From the NCBI GenBank assembly GCA_963733295.1, contig CAVTCS010000003.1, forward strand, positions 1,088,001-1,152,000: DNA of 64,000 bases, written 5' to 3'. Made by a program: the position numbers and the translations under genes. This document shows positions 59,312-64,000 of the stretch, in pieces (position 1 is the first letter of the stretch; each line of letters begins with the position of its first letter). The notes below the pieces were generated by a model. That model saw only the letters and a list, made by a program, of their open reading frames with translations, searched no databases and was not told the DNA's origin. The stretch comes from Vulcanimicrobiota bacterium. Lineage in GTDB: Bacteria > Vulcanimicrobiota > Vulcanimicrobiia > Vulcanimicrobiales > Vulcanimicrobiaceae.

Positions 59312-59596
59312 ATGCTCATTCAGTCCATTCACTACACCTTCGCTCCCGAAGACGCCGACAAAGCCGAAGCGATCTTCCGAGAGCTACGGGATGCGTCGCG
59401 GAAAGAAGAAGGCGTGATCGCCTTCGACGTCGCTCGAAGCAAAGAGAATCCGAACGTGTTTGCGCTATGGGAAGAGTATAGGGATAAAGCGGCTCTCGAA
59501 GAGCACATGGCGTCGGAGCACTTCAAGCGCCTAGCGATTGGCGGCGTGCGGCCGCTCGCGAAGCAAAGGGACGCAGCGACCGTCTTTCCCATCTGA
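59312..59596 (+). CDS. Antibiotic biosynthesis monooxygenase (ABM) / quinol monooxygenase family protein
   Basis: SRKEEG, F..WEEY.D.AALEEH..SEHF. Confidence 0.88.
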   Translation: MLIQSIHYTFAPEDADKAEAIFRELRDASRKEEGVIAFDVARSKENPNVFALWEEYRDKAALEEHMASEHFKRLAIGGVRPLAKQRDAATVFPI

Positions 59597-59632
59597 GTTC
59601 AGAACGGACGTCTCGCTCGACCGGCGTCAGCT

Positions 59633-60535
59633 TCACTGGCTGATATAAATGCTGGCGTTACTCGACTCTACGTCGAGTTGCCCGTTGCCGGCGCCAAGGC
59701 GCACCGTTCGCGAAGCCGAGTTGTCTGAATCGTCTTCGTCATCGCTGCTGTTGTCCGTGGTCTGGACGGACGCAGCTGCTGGCAAGCCCGAGACGTGGAT
59801 TTTGCCGTTGCTCGCTTCGGCGTTAACCAGCGTGTTGGCGTCCTTTGCGAATCTTAGAGTCACGCGGCCGTTGCTGCTCTCGACTTTGCCGTCGCGCACG
59901 TCCAGGGCGGTGGCCTCGAAACGTCCGTTCGAGGTCGTCGCGTTGAGGCGGGTCGCAACGACCCGGTCCAGCGAGATGCGGCCGTCGGATGCGGCGAGGT
60001 GCAGCGAGGGTCCGTTGTAATCTCCAAGCGTGATGCTGCCGTTGCCGATGCTGTTGAGCGTGGCTTCGGCGCGCAGCCCGTCTGCCGTGATGTCGCCTGC
60101 ATTCACGATTTCGACCCGGGTTTCTGGTGGCACGACCACCGTCACCATGCGGTCGTCGCCCATCGCCCAGCGATGCCTTGCGTCCGACATGATGCGAATC
60201 GTTTCGCCGTCCTTCGTGGCCGAAATCGGCGCAGTAGCACGGAAGATCCCATACTCCGTGCTTTGGCTCACCGAGACATCGATCTGCGACGGACTGCCCG
60301 TGCGAATGGTAAGGTCGGCGTACCCGATGTCCACGTTCAGCGTGGGATGCGAGCCGGCCTCAAAAATCTTGTGCGCGCCGCCTTCGGCAAGACTCGAATC
60401 AGACGCGGCCTCCACATGGGTGCCCCACGGAGACCACTGATCCGACTGGTCACCACGAACCGCGACAATCATCCAGGCCAAGACGACGACTTCGATTGCC
60501 ACCAGGACCGCGATGAGTTGGGAGCGGGGCATCAT
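59633..60535 (-). CDS. DUF4097 beta-helix repeat membrane-anchored protein
   Basis: N-terminal TM; repeated TSNG/SSNG/ASNG units. Confidence 0.8.
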   Translation of the reverse strand: MMPRSQLIAVLVAIEVVVLAWMIVAVRGDQSDQWSPWGTHVEAASDSSLAEGGAHKIFEAGSHPTLNVDIGYADLTIRTGSPSQIDVSVSQSTEYGIFRATAPISATKDGETIRIMSDARHRWAMGDDRMVTVVVPPETRVEIVNAGDITADGLRAEATLNSIGNGSITLGDYNGPSLHLAASDGRISLDRVVATRLNATTSNGRFEATALDVRDGKVESSNGRVTLRFAKDANTLVNAEASNGKIHVSGLPAAASVQTTDNSSDDEDDSDNSASRTVRLGAGNGQLDVESSNASIYISQ

Positions 60536-60543
60536 GCCGTATC

Positions 60544-60569
60544 TACGGGTAAGCGAGCCCCGAGTTTCG
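60544..60569 (-). promoter_or_regulatory. SigW/SigX-like ECF promoter, near-leaderless
   Basis: CGAAAC-N16-CGTA, ending 8 nt before the ATG. Confidence 0.55.
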
Positions 60570-60872
60570 CCGAACGGCTCGTGCGGAGTGGGTGGATCAG
60601 GGGCGTCCTCCCTGCCAACTGACCGGCGGTCCGTGAGCCGGCACGCTGTCCCTGAACGTGAGCACGAGCGGCCCAGGCCCGTCTGGGAAGGGCAACTGCG
60701 GTAGACGTTCGGGCGTCATCCCACAATTCCGGCGCGCGGGAACCTCCCGGAGATCTTAGCCAAAAAATCGTCCAACGCGCCGGCGGTGCCGTCGATACCG
60801 AGCGATAAGTCAGGCCAAGAGCAATGGCGGAAGCAACACACCCCAACGCACTTGTCTGCTCACCGAGGACTC

Positions 60873-60919
60873 GGAATTGAATCCCCTGTTCGTTCGTTCG
60901 AATCCAGCCGGCCAAGCCA
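60873..60919 (+). repeat. tRNA-Gln 3'-half copy 2 (more decayed, ends in CCA)
   Basis: 60877-60916 is 33/40 identical to 56746-56785 and is followed by CCA. Confidence 0.8.
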
Positions 60920-60920
60920 A

Positions 60921-61262
60921 GTGACGGCCGCCGAGCTGCTCGAGAGCCTATTCTCGGCCTGGCGAAACGGTGACGCGCTGCGGGCCGGGGCGCATTTCGC
61001 GCCGGACGCGCGCTATCAGGAAGCGCGCCACGAGCCAATCGTCGGGCGCGACGCCATCGTGCAGCACTTCACGGCATTCTTTCGCGACGGACCGGTGTGG
61101 CGCTTTCACGTCGAGGACGTCCTCACGAACGCCGAGCGAGCGGCGGTTCGGTACCGTTTCGAAATCGCCGACGCGGACGGAACGTGGCGCACGAGGGCCG
61201 GGTGCGCGTTTGCGAGCCTGCACGACGGGACGCTGACCGAGTGGCGCGAATACGAGGGCTGA
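60921..61262 (+). CDS. SnoaL/NTF2-like protein
   Basis: F.AW..GD, F.PDA.Y, GRDAI, DG.L.EWREY. Confidence 0.8.
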   Translation: MTAAELLESLFSAWRNGDALRAGAHFAPDARYQEARHEPIVGRDAIVQHFTAFFRDGPVWRFHVEDVLTNAERAAVRYRFEIADADGTWRTRAGCAFASLHDGTLTEWREYEG

Positions 61263-61263
61263 C

Positions 61264-61635
61264 ATGACAGGTGACACCCTCGGCATTCAGGTGACCGCGA
61301 CCGACGACGGGCAGGCAATGCTCTTCGCGCTCGATGGTAACCTCGATATCGCCACCTCGCCCAGCCTACGCGCGGCGCTGCTCGAACGCGCCGAACACGA
61401 CCGCCACGAAATCATCGTGGACCTCTCACGTCTTGAGTTCCTCGACTCGACCGGGCTGGGCGCGTTGATCGGAGCGCGCAAACGCGCGGCCGAGCACGGC
61501 GGCTCGCTGCGCCTCGTAGCGCACGAGGGTCAGATCTTGAGGCTCCTGCGCATCACGGGACTTCTCGACGTCTTTGCGGTCTATCCGAGCGTGGAAGCGG
61601 CCCTCGCGGGCGAGACGCGACTCGTCGGATTGTAA
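61264..61635 (+). CDS. Anti-sigma factor antagonist (STAS, RsbV/SpoIIAA-like)
   Basis: G.LDIAT, DLS.LEFLDSTGLGAL, ITGL. Confidence 0.9.
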   Translation: MTGDTLGIQVTATDDGQAMLFALDGNLDIATSPSLRAALLERAEHDRHEIIVDLSRLEFLDSTGLGALIGARKRAAEHGGSLRLVAHEGQILRLLRITGLLDVFAVYPSVEAALAGETRLVGL

Positions 61636-62930
61636 GCGGCATACGATTCGTCGATCAGCTCGACGACGTGTGCGACTCGGACGGTGCTCCCAACTTTGCG
61701 TAGACCCGCCGCGATTTGCAGCGCGCATCCGGGGTTGGCGGTTGCGATGATTTCCGCGCCTGTGGCGAGCGCATTCTCGACCTTGCGCGTCCCGAGGCGG
61801 CTCGCCATCGCCGGCTGCGTAACGTTGTAGATCCCGGCACTCCCGCAGCAAAGCGAGCTTTCGTTCATTTCCCGTAGCGTCAGACCCGGTATGGCGGCCA
61901 GAAGACGGCGGGGCGCGCTGATGATCAGCTGAGCGTGAGCGAGGTGACATGCATCCTGATAGCTGACCGTTTTGTCCAGCACGCCAAGTTCGGGAGCGAG
62001 TCCCAGGAGGTCGAGCAGCTCGGTCACGTCGCGCACTTTCGCCGAGAAACGCGCCGCGCGCTCCGCCCATTCGGGATCGCTTGCGAAGAGGTGTTCGTAC
62101 TCCTTGAGGGTCGAGCCGCAGCCGGCCGCGTTGACGACGTAGACGTCGGCACCGGACCGTTCGAAGGCCAGGATGTTGCGTTTGCCGAGCTCGCGCCCGA
62201 GATCCATCTCGCCTGCGTGCACCGCGATCGCCCCGCAGCATCCCTGCGCCGCCGGCACGACGACCTCGCAACCGCTGCGTTGCAGGACGCGCAGCGTCGC
62301 TTCATCGACCTCCGCGAATGCGACCTGCATCACGCAGCCCGCGTGCATGAATGCGGTTGCCTTCCTCTCGCCACGAGACCGCGCACGCTGATCGTGCGGG
62401 ACGAAGAAGCGTTCGGAAACCGGCGGCGCTAGCGCCTCGATTTCTTCGAGCCGGAGCGCCCGAAGCAGTCCGGTTCGTCGCGCAAACTGCTGCAGTCCGC
62501 TGTGCTGGTAAAAACGCAATAGCCCTGCCATGGCACGCAACCACGCCAAGTTCGAAAACATGGTCTTGAGCAGAAAATTCCGCGTCACGCGTTCGGAGAA
62601 AGTGCGCCGGGGAGCGGTGGCACGTTCGATCTGGGTGCGCGCGGGTTCGAGCAACCGGCCGTATGCGACGCCCGAAGGACAGACGGCCTCGCATGCCCGG
62701 CAGTCCAGGCACTCGGACATCTGGTGCATGAAGCCGGGGCTCGTCAAATCGAGCCTTCCTTCGTCGACCGCTTTTATCAATGAAATTCGACCGCGCGGCC
62801 CCGACGTTTCGACTAGCGTCTCAACGTACGTGGGACAGGTTGGCAGGCAAAGGCCGCAGCGCACGCATTGGTCGTAGACCGACGCCGGCGGGACATCCTC
62901 GCCGCCGAACCCTCGCTTTGCCTCGAGCAC
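61581..62930 (-). CDS. glcF: Glycolate oxidase Fe-S subunit GlcF-like protein
   Basis: Two CxxCxxCxxxCP motifs; two CCG domains (CCGA, CCGSAG.Y, ANPGC). Confidence 0.88.
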   Translation of the reverse strand: MLEAKRGFGGEDVPPASVYDQCVRCGLCLPTCPTYVETLVETSGPRGRISLIKAVDEGRLDLTSPGFMHQMSECLDCRACEAVCPSGVAYGRLLEPARTQIERATAPRRTFSERVTRNFLLKTMFSNLAWLRAMAGLLRFYQHSGLQQFARRTGLLRALRLEEIEALAPPVSERFFVPHDQRARSRGERKATAFMHAGCVMQVAFAEVDEATLRVLQRSGCEVVVPAAQGCCGAIAVHAGEMDLGRELGKRNILAFERSGADVYVVNAAGCGSTLKEYEHLFASDPEWAERAARFSAKVRDVTELLDLLGLAPELGVLDKTVSYQDACHLAHAQLIISAPRRLLAAIPGLTLREMNESSLCCGSAGIYNVTQPAMASRLGTRKVENALATGAEIIATANPGCALQIAAGLRKVGSTVRVAHVVELIDESYAAYNPTSRVSPARAASTLG

Positions 62931-63043
62931 GAGGTTTTCTTTAGGAGCGCACCACCTTTGTCCCGCACTTCGCTCGAGAGAGGCGCGCGCGGGGGGCTGA
63001 GCTCCGGCAGTCCGCGAAAACGTCGGGACGAAGGAGAAACGGC

Positions 63044-64000
63044 ATGAGCGCAGTTGCGTCGATGCGGTCGGGCATGAAAACCGTCGAACACTTTATCGGC
63101 GGCCGGCATACGCCGGGAAGCGGAACTCGGACCGGCGCGATCTACGATCCGGCGAGCGGAGAGGAAACGGCGCGCGTGAGGTTCGCCGAACGGGCCGACG
63201 TCGACGCCGCCGTCGCTTCCGCCGCCGCCGCTTTGCCGGGTTGGGCTGCGACGACTCCGCTGCGGCGTGCCCGAGTGTTGTTCGCATACAGAGCCTTGCT
63301 CGAGAAGCATGCGGACGCATTGGCCGAATCGATCGTGCGCGAGCACGGTAAAGTGCTCTCCGACGCCCGCGGTGAGGTGACGCGCGGACTTGAGGTCGTC
63401 GAATTCGCCTGCGGAATCCCGCACTTGCTAAAAGGCGAGTTCTCGGAAAACGCGGGTCCAGCCATCGACAGCTATTCTTTGCGTCAGCCGCTCGGCGTCT
63501 GCGCCGGCATCACGCCCTTCAATTTTCCGGTAATGGTTCCGATGTGGATGTTCCCGCTAGCGGTCGCGTGCGGCAACACGTTCGTGCTCAAGCCTTCGGA
63601 ACGCGATCCTTCGCCAAGTCTGCGAATCGCGGAACTCTTCATCGAAGCCGGTGCGCCGCCGGGAGTACTCAACGTCGTGCAAGGCGACAAGCTGACGGTA
63701 GCGGCGCTGCTCGAGCATCCGGACATAAAGGCGGTGAGCTTCGTCGGCTCGACGCCCATCGCGCGTTCCATCTATGTGAGCGCGGCGCAGCACGGTAAAC
63801 GTGTGCAGGCCTTGGGCGGTGCGAAGAATCACGCCGTCGTTCTGCCGGATGCCGACCTCGATGAGGTGGTAGAAGCGTTGACGGGCGCGGCTTACGGATC
63901 GGCCGGGGAACGCTGCATGGCGATCTCGGTTGCGGTCGCCGTGGGAGCGATTGGTGACGCGCTGGTCGAGCGTCTTGCGAAACGGGCGCGATCGCTGAAG
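63044..64000 (+). CDS. mmsA: CoA-acylating methylmalonate-semialdehyde dehydrogenase, truncated by the window edge
   Basis: Not in the ORF track; ATG with [48 protein letters not shown]. Confidence 0.93.
   Translation, partial: MSAVASMRSGMKTVEHFIGGRHTPGSGTRTGAIYDPASGEETARVRFAERADVDAAVASAAAALPGWAATTPLRRARVLFAYRALLEKHADALAESIVREHGKVLSDARGEVTRGLEVVEFACGIPHLLKGEFSENAGPAIDSYSLRQPLGVCAGITPFNFPVMVPMWMFPLAVACGNTFVLKPSERDPSPSLRIAELFIEAGAPPGVLNVVQGDKLTVAALLEHPDIKAVSFVGSTPIARSIYVSAAQHGKRVQALGGAKNHAVVLPDADLDEVVEALTGAAYGSAGERCMAISVAVAVGAIGDALVERLAKRARSLK

Larger units (their letters stand above)
56786..60919. mobile_element. Decayed tandem genomic islet at tRNA-Gln (no integrase found)
   Basis: Bounded and subdivided by degenerate copies of the tRNA 3' half; carries small accessory genes. 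Confidence 0.7.

Overview
High-GC bacterial chromosome window made mostly of core genes. The gene set and style suggest a Terrabacteria lineage, possibly Candidatus Eremiobacterota; this is inference and was not verified. Left to right: (1) tail of a minus-strand operon with a lytic transglycosylase and small orphan ORFs; (2) yceD-rpmF-fabH-fabD-fabG-acpP-ffh-rpsP-khpA-lspA-rimM; (3) envelope genes; (4) a split class II ribonucleotide reductase (nrdJa/nrdJb) with a 483-aa HNH intein at the catalytic Cys, preceded by LexA-, NrdR- and DnaA-like boxes; (5) tRNA-Ser, a hydantoinase/oxoprolinase with a Liv-type ABC transporter, a ferritin-like gene, icd, an egtB-like gene, deoC/ALDH and aroCKB-priA; (6) an orphan Flp pilin divergent from phaC plus a hydrolase; (7) cdaA-cdaR-glmM followed by a c-di-AMP riboswitch on an NlpC/P60 gene; (8) tRNA-Gln followed by an integrase-less tandem islet punctuated by two decayed copies of the tRNA 3' half. 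Most unusual signals: fabH and lspA appear to start at ACG codons with the same 8-nt stop overlap (livH possibly at CTG), the intein/regulatory layout of nrdJ, the tRNA-Gln cassette array, and single-arginine Tat-like signal peptides. Product calls come from motif recognition only; no database searches were run.
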